This document shows positions 1 through 8,148 of a DNA stretch of 43,356 nt, one piece after another (the stretch's first letter is position 1; every line of letters starts with the position of its first letter). This stretch comes from an uncultured Clostridia bacterium (GTDB lineage: Bacteria > Bacillota > Clostridia > Christensenellales > CAG-917): contig CANQZE010000002.1 of NCBI GenBank assembly GCA_947628255.1, forward strand, positions 1 to 43,356, written 5' to 3'. The notes below the pieces were generated by a model. It saw only the letters and a list, made by a program, of their open reading frames with translations. It had not been told where the DNA came from and ran no database searches. The translations under genes and the position numbers were made by a program.

Positions 1-935
1 GGCAGTGACGTGGACATACCCTGTATGTACATCAAATCGCTTGCGGGGCCTTCGGGTTCCACAAAAACCTGATGCCTCTCCTTGTCGCGAAAGCGCATCA
101 CTTTTGTCTCGATGGACGGACAATAGCGGGGGCCTATGCCCGTTATCGTGCCGTTGTACAGAGGACTTCTGTCAATATTTTCCTCTATTATGCGATGCGT
201 CTCGGCATTGGTGTACGTCAGATAGCACGGCTCTTCTTCAAAAGTCGAGACCGGCGACATAAACGAAAATCTGTCCGCACAGCCGCCCCATTCCGCCTGC
301 ATCTTGTCAAAATTTATGCTGTCGCGATATATGCGGGCGGGGGTCCCCGTCTTGAAACGGCGCAAAGGCAATCCCAGTTTCAAAAGGCTGTCCGTCAAAA
401 GATTTGCGCCCGCGAATCCTCCGGGACCTTGCGCCACAACGTCCTCCCCCGTGATGATACGACTGTTGAGATACACGCCCGTCGCGAGAACGACGGCTTG
501 ACATCCTATCCTCTCCCCGTCCGCAAGCTCGACCTCGGAGACTTTTCCGTCCTCGGCGCAGATCTTCGCCGCTTCCGCCTCGCGAAGCGTGAGACCCTGT
601 AGCTTCTCAAGCTCCTCGAGCATCAGTTGATGATACAGAGCCTTGTCCTCTTGCCCTCTCAGCGAATAGACCGCGGGGCCTTTGGTCAGGTTCAGTTGCT
701 TGATCTGCAACAACGCTCTGTCCGCCGTCAGTCCCATCTGCCCGCCCAACGCGTCGACCTCTCGCACAAGATGTCCCTTGGCGGTGCCGCCTATCGAGGG
801 ATTGCACGGCATATTCGCGACCGTGCGCAGATCCGTACACAAAAGCAGCGTGGAGACTCCGAGCCTTGCCGAAGCAAGCGCCGCTTCCACGCCCGCGTGT
901 CCCGCGCCTATCACGATAACGCCGTAATTTTCCAT
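1..935 (-). CDS. mnmG: tRNA uridine 5-carboxymethylaminomethyl modification enzyme MnmG (GidA), N-terminal ~311 aa; the remainder lies beyond the window edge
   Basis: Absent from the ORF track because it runs off the window. Manual reverse-complement translation from the ATG (complement of 933-935) gives MENYGVIVIGAGHAGVEAALASARLGVSTLLLCT...NPSIGGTAKGHLVREVDALGG...FKTGTPARI...GPRYCPSIE...YIQGMSTSL. This includes the FAD GxGxxG motif and MnmG signature blocks. It starts 1 nt after the mnmE stop, the canonical mnmE-mnmG pairing. Confidence 0.9.
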   Translation of the reverse strand, partial: MENYGVIVIGAGHAGVEAALASARLGVSTLLLCTDLRTVANMPCNPSIGGTAKGHLVREVDALGGQMGLTADRALLQIKQLNLTKGPAVYSLRGQEDKALYHQLMLEELEKLQGLTLREAEAAKICAEDGKVSEVELADGERIGCQAVVLATGVYLNSRIITGEDVVAQGPGGFAGANLLTDSLLKLGLPLRRFKTGTPARIYRDSINFDKMQAEWGGCADRFSFMSPVSTFEEEPCYLTYTNAETHRIIEENIDRSPLYNGTITGIGPRYCPSIETKVMRFRDKERHQVFVEPEGPASDLMYIQGMSTSL

Positions 936-936
936 A

Positions 937-2247
937 TCATTTCCCCACGCAGAATCTGTCGAATATCGAATCCACAACGTCCTCTTTTGCCGTCTTTCCC
1001 GTGATCTCGCCCAGCGCGTCATATGCTTCTCTGAGGTCGACAAGGGTCAGATCTATTGTGCCGTCAAGCGACAGAGTCGCGCTTTTAAGCGCCGTTTTTG
1101 CACGATAAAGTGCGGATATGTGTCGTTCATTGGTCATAAGCTCTCCACTGTCGCCGCCGTCCGTCCTGTAGAGAGAAGCGATCGCTCTCAACAATTCGGG
1201 GACGCCTTCGCCCGTCTTTTTGCTGACTGCAAAGGCATACATAATGCGGGGGATGGCAAAGCCGAAAACGTCGCACTTGTTGTACACGCTGAACACTTTT
1301 TTTGTCCCGAATTCGAGTCCGTCGGGGGCATCTGCGCCTCTGTCTATGACGTGCAGAATGACGTCCGCGCTCTCGGCCGCCTGCCTTGCGCGGCGCATCC
1401 CTTCGCTCTCGATCCCGTCTGAAGTTTGGTCTCTGAGTCCCGCCGTGTCTATCAGATTTATCTTGACCCCGTCGACTTCCACACTGCCCTCGACGGTGTC
1501 TCGCGTCGTCCCCGCGACGTCCGCGACGATCGCCCTGTTCTGCCCGAGCATAGCGTTGAGCAAGGACGATTTGCCCACGTTGGCGGCGCCGACAAGCGCG
1601 CACGTTATGCCGTATTTTGCAATCTTGCCCTGTTTTGCGGTCGCGAGCATTGCGTCGATGTCGGCAAGAGCGGAATTTATCCCGTCGGGCAGGGACGGCA
1701 ATATTTCGTCCTCCATTTCCTCGGGATAATCGAGGGTCGCTTCAAGCCCCGCAATCAAGCCGCCTATCCCGTCGAGCAACGCGTTGATTCGCTTTGTCAG
1801 CGCGCCGTCCATCAGCGAATATGCCGCTCGTACGGCGGCGGCGCTCTCCGCGCTGATCATATCCATAACGCCTTCCGCGTCGGCAAGCGAGATCCTGCCC
1901 GCAAGAAAAGCGCGCTTTGTGAATTCTCCCTTGCCCGCGAGGACCGCGCCGTGCGCAAGCGCCGCTTCGAGCGCGCCCTGCATAATGCGAATGCCTCCGT
2001 GCAGATAAAACTCCACGGTGTCCTCGCCTGTGTAGGCTTGTTTTGCGGGGAAATAGACGGCGTAACCCTTATCCTTGAACGACTCCGCCACAAACGTGCC
2101 GAAAGTCATCTTGAGCGGTTGCCAATCGCCCTCGTGCGCAAAATTGAAAATGGCATCCGCAATGCGCAGCGCCTCGCTGCCCGAGACGCGCACTATGCCG
2201 ATACCACCCATTCCTATCGGTGATGAGATAGCTGCGATTGTGTTCAT
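937..2247 (-). CDS. mnmE: tRNA modification GTPase MnmE (TrmE)
   Basis: 436-aa ORF. G-domain motifs GAANVGKSSLLN and DTAGLR are present, as is the C-terminal FCVGK tetrapeptide typical of MnmE. It lies between jag and mnmG. Confidence 0.95.
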   Translation of the reverse strand: MNTIAAISSPIGMGGIGIVRVSGSEALRIADAIFNFAHEGDWQPLKMTFGTFVAESFKDKGYAVYFPAKQAYTGEDTVEFYLHGGIRIMQGALEAALAHGAVLAGKGEFTKRAFLAGRISLADAEGVMDMISAESAAAVRAAYSLMDGALTKRINALLDGIGGLIAGLEATLDYPEEMEDEILPSLPDGINSALADIDAMLATAKQGKIAKYGITCALVGAANVGKSSLLNAMLGQNRAIVADVAGTTRDTVEGSVEVDGVKINLIDTAGLRDQTSDGIESEGMRRARQAAESADVILHVIDRGADAPDGLEFGTKKVFSVYNKCDVFGFAIPRIMYAFAVSKKTGEGVPELLRAIASLYRTDGGDSGELMTNERHISALYRAKTALKSATLSLDGTIDLTLVDLREAYDALGEITGKTAKEDVVDSIFDRFCVGK

Positions 2248-3117
2248 TCAGAACCTCTTCTTCCCTCCGAAGCTCTTAAATTTGGGAGGTCCTTGCATAG
2301 GAGCGGGCTTCACAAAATCGTCCTCTCCCGTGATGTATCCCCTGTAGACATTGCCGTCCGGGGCTTCCTGCTCTTCGCCGCGCGGCTTACGCTCGCGCCT
2401 ATCGTTCCTTCCGCGTCCGCGATCGCGGCGATCGCCTCTGCCGCGGCCTCTCTCGTTGCGGTCGCGATCACGATCGCGCTCGCTGCTCTTTATGGGGCGG
2501 TTGTCCTTGAGTTCCACACCGATGGGCGTGATGACGACGTATCTGTTCGGCTCCTCGCCTTCGCTCTCGGTGTGCGCGATCTCGCTGTCCGCAAGCGCGC
2601 TGTGGATGACGCGCCTCTCAAACGGATTCATAGGCTCGAGAGCGATCTTGCGGCGCAATCTCGTTGCCTTTTCCGCAAGGCGGAGCGCCAGCTCCGTGAG
2701 CATCTGAGCGCGTTTCTCGCGATAGCCCTCGCAATCCACGACCACTTTTTTGAAGTCGCCCTTGCGCTCGTTGAGGAAGGTGAGCGCGAGATATTGGAAG
2801 GCGTCGAGAGCCTCGCCTCGATAGCCTATTGCTGCGTTGCTGTCCTCTCCCGCGATCTCGATGCGGATGGTTCCGTTTTCATCCTTGACTTGCGCGCGGG
2901 ACTTCAGCCCCATCCTCTCGAGGACGCCGTTGATAAACTCGCCGAGCTTGTCCGCGGCGCTTTCCTTGAGCGTGACCCTCACGGAAGCCTTTGAAAACAG
3001 TCCTCCTTTTGAGAGTACTTCCACTTCCACCTGATTTTTGGTGGCGCCGAGTTCCAAAAGCGCTTTCTCGACGGCGAGATCTACGCTTGTGGCTTGCGTT
3101 TCGATATACTTTTCCAT
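2248..3117 (-). CDS. khpB: Jag/KhpB RNA-binding protein (Jag_N-KH-R3H) with an extra ~85-aa Arg/Asp/Gly-rich C-terminal tail
   Basis: 289 aa. N-terminus MEKYIETQATSVDLAVEKAL, KH-like AAIGYRGEALDAFQYL and R3H-like LEPMNPFERRVIHSAL...NRYVVI. AGGAG lies 7 nt upstream of the ATG. Positioned between yidC and mnmE as in the classical cluster. Confidence 0.85.
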   Translation of the reverse strand: MEKYIETQATSVDLAVEKALLELGATKNQVEVEVLSKGGLFSKASVRVTLKESAADKLGEFINGVLERMGLKSRAQVKDENGTIRIEIAGEDSNAAIGYRGEALDAFQYLALTFLNERKGDFKKVVVDCEGYREKRAQMLTELALRLAEKATRLRRKIALEPMNPFERRVIHSALADSEIAHTESEGEEPNRYVVITPIGVELKDNRPIKSSERDRDRDRNERGRGRGDRRDRGRGRNDRRERKPRGEEQEAPDGNVYRGYITGEDDFVKPAPMQGPPKFKSFGGKKRF

Positions 3118-3136
3118 TTATGACTCCTAAGCGCCG

Positions 3137-4360
3137 TCATCTGACGGCTATGTTGGGATTTGATTTCTTTTCTCTGGATCTGTCTATCAGTTTGCCGATT
3201 ATGTTGAACACAAACTGGAAGAAGATCGCGACAAGCGAGCTTGTAAACATATACAGCGCGAAGGCGCCCGAATACAGCAAGCCGAACACGCCCATCATTA
3301 TCGGCATAACCCACTGCATCGCCTTCATCGACGAGCCTTGCGCGGTCGCGTCCGCGGACGAAGCCGCGGGAGCCTGCGAACTGCTAAGCAATTTTGTGGA
3401 CAGGAAACTCAGCGCTATTGACAGCACGGGAAGTATCAAAAGCCCGTTCCAACTGCCGTTTTTGCCATAGCCGCCCGCCTGTTTGTTGTCGAGGACTTTT
3501 GCCATAACGCGCTCGTACTCGTCCTTTGTTATGCCCGTGAGTCTGGACGTCGCCCAGCCTTTTTGACCCGTGACAGTAGCGAAATCCGGCACCGCTTTGG
3601 ACCAGTTGTCGCCCACGAATATATTGTGGATCCACAACCACTTGCGCATACCCCTCTGCTCGTCGGAATTGTAGGCGTTGAGGACCTCCGTCTGCGCCTT
3701 GTCGAGAGCGTCCGCCAAAAACGCGATATCCTCGGGGGAATTGGGAACGTCGTAGGCGTCAAGTTTGCCGTTGCCGTCCGCGTCGATATAGCCCTTCTCT
3801 TCAATCTGCTCGGAAATGGACTCGTTGAAAGTGTTGAGGCTCGCGCGGTAGTCCTTCGCAAACTGATAGCCCACCATCTGTCTGAACCCCGCGAAAACGA
3901 TGAAGAACACGACGAGCGTGATTATCGTGGGCAAGCACATTCCCATCGTGGAATATTTTTCCTTTTTGTAGAGCGCCATCTGCTCCTGTTGCAGGCGCTG
4001 TTTGTCCTCGCCGTACTTCGCCTGCAAACTTTCAAGCTGAGGACGCATACGCTCCATCGCCTTGCTGTTTTTGCGGGCGACGACTTTTTGCCATATGTCG
4101 AGCGGGGAAAGGATGAGGCGCAATATCACGGTGAACAGCACGACCGTCCAGCCGAAACTGCCGTGGCCGCCCTCGATGGCGTTGTTCAGCTTGAGCATAA
4201 ATTTTGCCATAAAGTGCGTCGGCTCGGACACGTTCTCGCCCGTCACGCTGTAGGAGATGTCGTTGTTGCAGGCGACAAGCATAAGACAGCATATCGCTAT
4301 CAATGCCGCAAGCAGATATATCTGCGCTTTGCGTCTGCGCATAAACCTCAAATCAACCAT
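3137..4360 (-). CDS. yidC: Membrane protein insertase YidC/SpoIIIJ family with a lipoprotein-type signal (LMLVAC)
   Basis: 407 aa with multiple TM helices and a lipobox LVAC near the N-terminus, as in Gram-positive YidC. GAGGA lies upstream of the ATG at 4360. An alternative start is Met7 at 4342. Confidence 0.9.
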   Translation of the reverse strand: MVDLRFMRRRKAQIYLLAALIAICCLMLVACNNDISYSVTGENVSEPTHFMAKFMLKLNNAIEGGHGSFGWTVVLFTVILRLILSPLDIWQKVVARKNSKAMERMRPQLESLQAKYGEDKQRLQQEQMALYKKEKYSTMGMCLPTIITLVVFFIVFAGFRQMVGYQFAKDYRASLNTFNESISEQIEEKGYIDADGNGKLDAYDVPNSPEDIAFLADALDKAQTEVLNAYNSDEQRGMRKWLWIHNIFVGDNWSKAVPDFATVTGQKGWATSRLTGITKDEYERVMAKVLDNKQAGGYGKNGSWNGLLILPVLSIALSFLSTKLLSSSQAPAASSADATAQGSSMKAMQWVMPIMMGVFGLLYSGAFALYMFTSSLVAIFFQFVFNIIGKLIDRSREKKSNPNIAVR

Positions 4361-4593
4361 TTGATACGTCCTCTATAATTTTCCCTGACGGGATCGAAAC
4401 CTCCCTTTGAAAAGGGATTGCATCTCAAAAGTCTGCCCGCCGTCAAAAATATCCCGACGATAGCGCCGTATTTTGTTATCGCCTCGTAGCTGTACATAGA
4501 GCAGGTCGGCGTATAGGCGCAATGCTTGCCGAATATCGGCGAAAGCGTGCGCTTGTACCAATTGAGCAGAGCGAGGCAAAAATTTTTCAACAT
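4348..4593 (-). CDS. yidD: Membrane protein insertion efficiency factor YidD
   Basis: Motif LNWYKRTLSPIFGKHCAYTPTCSMYSYEAITKYG...RCNPFSKGGFDPV. I chose the internal ATG at 4593 (Met16 of the track ORF) because GGGGAGGG lies just upstream and it sits 1 nt after the rnpA stop. It overlaps the yidC start by 13 nt. Confidence 0.8.
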   Translation of the reverse strand: MLKNFCLALLNWYKRTLSPIFGKHCAYTPTCSMYSYEAITKYGAIVGIFLTAGRLLRCNPFSKGGFDPVRENYRGRIKWLI

Positions 4594-4922
4594 ACAGCCC
4601 TCCCCGCGCGCTCGAAAACCAGCCTGACTTGTCGGCACACTTCTTCAAAATCCTTGCCCGCAAGCGAAGGGCGAGCCACTATGACATACATAAAATTGCC
4701 CGAAATGCCGCCCTCGAGCGGTCTTATCGCCTCGCGCAACAACCTCTTCACACGGTTGCGCGTCACGGCGTTGCCGACTTTTTTGGACACGGACAAGCCT
4801 ATCTTCAACCCCTCGCGGGAACGTGCGGCAAGCAGCAACAAGTCGGGTGCGGACGTCTTTTCTCCCTTGCGAAAGACATATTGAAACGCCGCCCTTCTCT
4901 TGAGCCGAAATTGCCTCTTCAT
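4587..4922 (-). CDS. rnpA: Ribonuclease P protein component
   Basis: 111 aa, basic, with the RNR-type motif VGNAVTRNRVKRLLREA. Starts 3 nt downstream of the rpmH stop. Confidence 0.9.
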   Translation of the reverse strand: MKRQFRLKRRAAFQYVFRKGEKTSAPDLLLLAARSREGLKIGLSVSKKVGNAVTRNRVKRLLREAIRPLEGGISGNFMYVIVARPSLAGKDFEEVCRQVRLVFERAGRAVC

Positions 4923-4925
4923 CCC

Positions 4926-5060
4926 TTACGCGGAGATTTGCTTGCGACCGCGATTGCGACGGCGCTTCAAAACGTTCCTGCCGGATTTTGTGCTCATTCT
5001 TTTGCGGAATCCGTGGACTTTGCTTCTCTGTCTCTTTTTGGGTTGGTAAGTTTGTTTCAT
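4926..5060 (-). CDS. rpmH: 50S ribosomal protein L34
   Basis: Too short for the ORF track. Manual translation gives [50 protein letters not shown] lies 8 nt upstream of the ATG (complement of 5058-5060). Confidence 0.92.
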   Translation of the reverse strand: MKQTYQPKKRQRSKVHGFRKRMSTKSGRNVLKRRRNRGRKQISA

Positions 5061-5154
5061 TGTGGTATCCTCCGTCTTAAAGACTTATTTTGCCTATTTG
5101 CAACCCTTGACTAAACTATATATCGATAGTATTAGATTATAAAATTGCTTTGAT

Positions 5155-5183
5155 ATTATAAAAAAAATAACGCCCTATGTCAA
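5155..5183 (-). promoter_or_regulatory. Consensus sigma-A/sigma-70 type promoter for the rpmH operon
   Basis: On the minus strand: TTGACA (5178-5183), a 17-nt spacer, then TATAAT (5155-5160). An AT-rich tract lies upstream. The predicted leader to rpmH is about 88 nt. Confidence 0.65.
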
Positions 5184-5292
5184 GCGATATGCGCCTAAAT
5201 TTCGCGAGCGGATTTTTCAAGCGATCAAAGGCGAGGCGGCTCCGCTTTCACCCGAGACGGGCGTTTTTCATAAAATGCGGCAGGAGGAGCGT

Positions 5293-5763
5293 ATGGATCT
5301 TTTGTTGCCGGATGAAAACACTATGCAAAAAATGGCGCTCGAATTTGCGAAGTTGAACACGGCGGAACGCGCCAAAGCGTCCGCGCGCGCCCTGTCGCGA
5401 GACTTTTCCGACCCGTTTTTTGCTCCGCTTGACGACGTTGAAAATGCGAAAAACTCACTACATATGCACAAAATTGCGAAAAATGACGCGCGTCCGCAAG
5501 CGACTGACGGGACGAGCGAACAATTGCCGTCCGCCGAGGAAAAACGCGATATCTCGAGCGACGTCGGCGTTGACAAAACTGCGCGCGGACCTCTTGCGAC
5601 AAGAAATCAAAAAGCTTTGCCCCTTGCGCTTTTATATCTTTACTTTATCGGAGTTTTGGGATATAATAGCTCATATGGAACTCAAATTTATGACCCCCAG
5701 CGAAGTCTGGGAGAATTACGATCCGTCGCTTGCCCCTTTGGAAAGCTCAACGATCTTTGCTGA
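5293..5763 (+). CDS. Hypothetical protein (about 156 aa); uncertain gene
   Basis: AGGAGG (5282-5287) lies 5 nt upstream of the ATG at 5293. The first ~100 codons use GCG/CCG/GAC-type codons like neighbouring genes. The 3' ~90 nt overlaps the next CDS in another frame, and its hydrophobic stretch coincides with an AT-rich promoter-like sequence. Confidence is therefore low. Confidence 0.3.
   Translation: MDLLLPDENTMQKMALEFAKLNTAERAKASARALSRDFSDPFFAPLDDVENAKNSLHMHKIAKNDARPQATDGTSEQLPSAEEKRDISSDVGVDKTARGPLATRNQKALPLALLYLYFIGVLGYNSSYGTQIYDPQRSLGELRSVACPFGKLNDLC
5639..5667 (+). promoter_or_regulatory. Promoter-like element placed for a leaderless transcript of the hydrolase-like gene
   Basis: TTTACT (5639-5644), a 17-nt spacer, then TATAAT (5662-5667). 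The ATG at 5675 follows 7 nt after the -10 box, with no Shine-Dalgarno between them. Confidence 0.4.
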
Positions 5764-7324
5764 AACGGACGGCAACATAGTACATTCTTCGTTCGCTTTC
5801 AACGTGGATCATTCCGAGCAGATCTCTTTTGCGGCGCGTATGGACGTCTATTTTGACAATCGTTGGCAGGACGCGCGCTCGACCGTGCTTCTTCTGCCCG
5901 CGCTTGACGACATTCCGCTTGACAACCTGATCTCCCGCCTTTTGCTCGAGGGATACGCTGTCGGCGTAGCGGACTATTCGGGCAAGAACGGCACGGACTT
6001 CCCCGCCTCTTTGCAGTTTGCAAAATACAGCGATTGCAGGCCTCATATGGACATCCTCGAAGGTTCTGCGCGCAAATCCCCGTGGTATGTCTGGAGCAAG
6101 ATCGCCCGCCGTGCCATCACAAAACTTTGCGAACTTCCCGTCGTAGACTCACAAAGCGTCGTCGTGATGGGTATCGGAGTAGGCGCGCACATAAGTTGGC
6201 AAGTCGCGGCGATGGACAAACGCGTCAAAGCGCTCGTCCCCATCTGCGGCGGCGGATATCGCTGGGCAAAACGCAAACCCCGCTTCGAGAGCGACAACGT
6301 CCCCGCAAACGAAGAGGAAATCGCCTATTCGACGGGAGTCGGCGCTGAAACATACGCAAAATTTGTGACTTGCCCCACATTTTATCTCACAACAAGAATG
6401 TCCCAATATTGCGACGTCGACCGCGCGGGCGACATTTTGGCGTTCGTCAAGTGCGAAAACAAAAAAATGCTGATTATGCGCAGCGTGGATATGCAGATCA
6501 CCGAAAAGGCTCTGAGAGCGATGCTCGTCTGGCTGAGGGGAAGTTTGGCGGGGCAACAAAACGCCGTCTGCCCCACGATGAGCTTCGAATCCGCTGACGG
6601 AGAGCTGTATCTGCGCCTGCACACACAGCATAAAGCCAAACACGCTCAAGTATACTTCAGCACGGGCGAGGCGTCTCCCTTCGCGCGCCACTGGATAAAA
6701 CTTGACGGGCTTCAGAAGGTGGGTACGCACGAATACACCTTGCACGTGCCTGTGTACAATCCCGCCGCACTGACCGTCGCGTATGCGAGTCTGACGTACG
6801 GCGACGATGACGCAAGCTCCACGCCCGTCATAGGAGTCATCCCCCAACAGCTCGGCGCGACCAATGTGGAGGAGGGCAACGAGTGTTCCCGCATCATCTA
6901 CGACAACTCGATGGACACGGATATCTTTTCCGTCAAGACGGACGACGCGGTTTTGGCGAGTTCTCTGCTCGGGTTGGCAACGGGTCCGTTTGACATCGAC
7001 GGCGTTTCCGTCAAGGACGGCGCGCTGTTGCTTTGCAGAAGCGAGAGAGAGATCACCTCTTTCGCGCTTACGTCCACGCTTCATTTCGACGTGTACTCGC
7101 CGGATCGGCGCGAGCTTCTCATCAAGCTGTTCACCGTGCCGGACGAGAAGTGCTATATGACGCGCATACAGCTTGTCGGCGGCGATTTTTGGCAGAAGAT
7201 CATCCTGTACGGTTCGGATTTCAAATCGGAAGAGGGGCGCACGCTCGCCAAATTCGCAAATACCAAAGTGATGTCATTTATGGACGCACACGGCTTGATA
7301 TTCAACAATTTCCTGTGGATATAG
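5675..7324 (+). CDS. Alpha/beta-hydrolase-fold (acetyl-esterase/dienelactone-hydrolase-like) protein with a C-terminal beta-rich domain
   Basis: Track ORF 5420-7324, trimmed to Met86 (MELKFMTPSEVWENYDP). The upstream 85 codons are Arg/Lys-rich and overlap the promoter region. The hydrolase-like core is LLLPALDD...GYAVGVADYSG...VVVMGIGVGAH...ALVPICGGGY. The family call is from pattern resemblance only. Confidence 0.6.
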   Translation: MELKFMTPSEVWENYDPSLAPLESSTIFAETDGNIVHSSFAFNVDHSEQISFAARMDVYFDNRWQDARSTVLLLPALDDIPLDNLISRLLLEGYAVGVADYSGKNGTDFPASLQFAKYSDCRPHMDILEGSARKSPWYVWSKIARRAITKLCELPVVDSQSVVVMGIGVGAHISWQVAAMDKRVKALVPICGGGYRWAKRKPRFESDNVPANEEEIAYSTGVGAETYAKFVTCPTFYLTTRMSQYCDVDRAGDILAFVKCENKKMLIMRSVDMQITEKALRAMLVWLRGSLAGQQNAVCPTMSFESADGELYLRLHTQHKAKHAQVYFSTGEASPFARHWIKLDGLQKVGTHEYTLHVPVYNPAALTVAYASLTYGDDDASSTPVIGVIPQQLGATNVEEGNECSRIIYDNSMDTDIFSVKTDDAVLASSLLGLATGPFDIDGVSVKDGALLLCRSEREITSFALTSTLHFDVYSPDRRELLIKLFTVPDEKCYMTRIQLVGGDFWQKIILYGSDFKSEEGRTLAKFANTKVMSFMDAHGLIFNNFLWI

Positions 7325-7339
7325 CCGCCAAACGTCCCA

Positions 7340-7345
7340 TATAAT
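7340..7345 (+). promoter_or_regulatory. -10 box (TATAAT) 6 nt upstream of the lepB ATG
   Basis: TATAAT at 7340-7345 and the ATG at 7352, with no purine-rich SD between them. No convincing -35 element. Confidence 0.35.
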
Positions 7346-7351
7346 TAGAAT

Positions 7352-7972
7352 ATGTCCGATCCATACGAAAATCAAATCACGGAGTTGATCCCCGACGGCA
7401 ACCCTTCCTCTCGCAGAAAGGGCGTTATCGTCACGGTCATCGTCCTGTTGCTCGTCGCCATACTCGCCGTGACTTGCGCGCTGCTCGTCAAGACCTATGT
7501 CATCTCGACTTTCGTCGTGCAGGGGACGTCTATGTGGCCCACGCTGGACGGCGGTTCGGGCGAAATGGACGACAGCAAACTCACAAACGGCGAGATACTC
7601 TACCTCAACAAACTCGCAAAGATCCGCCGCGGAGACATCATCGTATGCACTCCGGGTTGGGCGTTTTTGAAGGACGAAAACGGCAATCCGCTCTCCATCG
7701 TCAAGCGCGTCATCGGCGTCGAAGGCGACGTTGTGGAGATCAGAGATTGCGTGACCTACGTCAACGGCGAAGCGATCGACGAGCCGTACATCAACGGCGA
7801 AATGCACACCGAAAACGGCGTCTGGACGGTCGGCAAAGACGAAATATTCTGTATGGGCGACAACCGCAACAACTCAACCGACAGCCGCGTCGGCGGAACA
7901 ATTCCGCTGTCCTGCGTGCAAGGACGATGCTTTTTGATCAAAGGCATCAACGGCAAACTCCGCAAACCGTGA
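7352..7972 (+). CDS. lepB: Signal peptidase I (S26 family)
   Basis: 206 aa with an N-terminal TM helix, catalytic-Ser box GTSMWPTL, box VKRVIGVEGD and box GDNRNNSTDSR. Confidence 0.92.
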   Translation: MSDPYENQITELIPDGNPSSRRKGVIVTVIVLLLVAILAVTCALLVKTYVISTFVVQGTSMWPTLDGGSGEMDDSKLTNGEILYLNKLAKIRRGDIIVCTPGWAFLKDENGNPLSIVKRVIGVEGDVVEIRDCVTYVNGEAIDEPYINGEMHTENGVWTVGKDEIFCMGDNRNNSTDSRVGGTIPLSCVQGRCFLIKGINGKLRKP

Positions 7973-8148
7973 CGTCTTTGCAATTGTTTGTTTGAAATTT
8001 TTGAAATTTACAAATAGATCCCGAAAATGTTTTCTTTTTGCGTTTGCTCTCCCGCATACGGCAAAACAAACGCCCGACGCATATCATATCGCGCCGAGCT
8101 ACGATCTTTCAATTTGACAAATTTCAAAAATAACGCCTAGTCCGGGGG

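Noticed and set aside
1127-1603. Numerous Arg/Gly/Pro-rich ORFs of 60-250 aa in alternative frames. Examples: 1127-1603, 8099-8716, 7474-7995, 25339-25863, 35448-36212 and 30879-31991.
   Set aside because: These are off-frame translations of GC-rich coding sequence inside well-supported genes. They have no SD or promoter and their composition is typical of out-of-frame reading.
5061-5292. Possible oriC / DnaA-box cluster in the AT-rich region upstream of rpmH.
   Set aside because: Only one degenerate box-like 9-mer (TGTGGTATC) was seen and no dnaA gene is adjacent. The AT-rich tract is adequately explained by the consensus rpmH promoter and its UP-like region.
5420-5674. N-terminal extensions offered by the ORF track for several genes: 5420 for the hydrolase-like gene, 20716 for metK, 28460 for rpoB, 8868 for the SDR, 41087 for the FabG-like SDR, 40113 and 30727 for the lipoproteins, and 4638 for yidD.
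   Set aside because: In each case an internal ATG preceded by a proper SD (or a -10 box) yields the conserved family N-terminus or a signal peptide. The extensions are Arg/Lys-rich, overlap upstream genes or regulatory elements, or start at a TTG/GTG inside the SD.
6584-6592. A T-loop-like TTCGAATCC string that might indicate a tRNA.
   Set aside because: It lies inside the hydrolase-like CDS, with no acceptor, D or anticodon stem complementarity around it. No intergenic region in the window folds into a cloverleaf.
7973-8148. Duplicated TTTGAAATT motif and a 7-bp stem with a 20-nt loop (GCGTTTG...CAAACGC) in the convergent gap between lepB and the SDR gene.
   Set aside because: This is short, AT-rich and low-complexity sequence. 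No U-tract follows the stem and no ORF or known RNA motif is present. It is most simply 3' UTR spacer.
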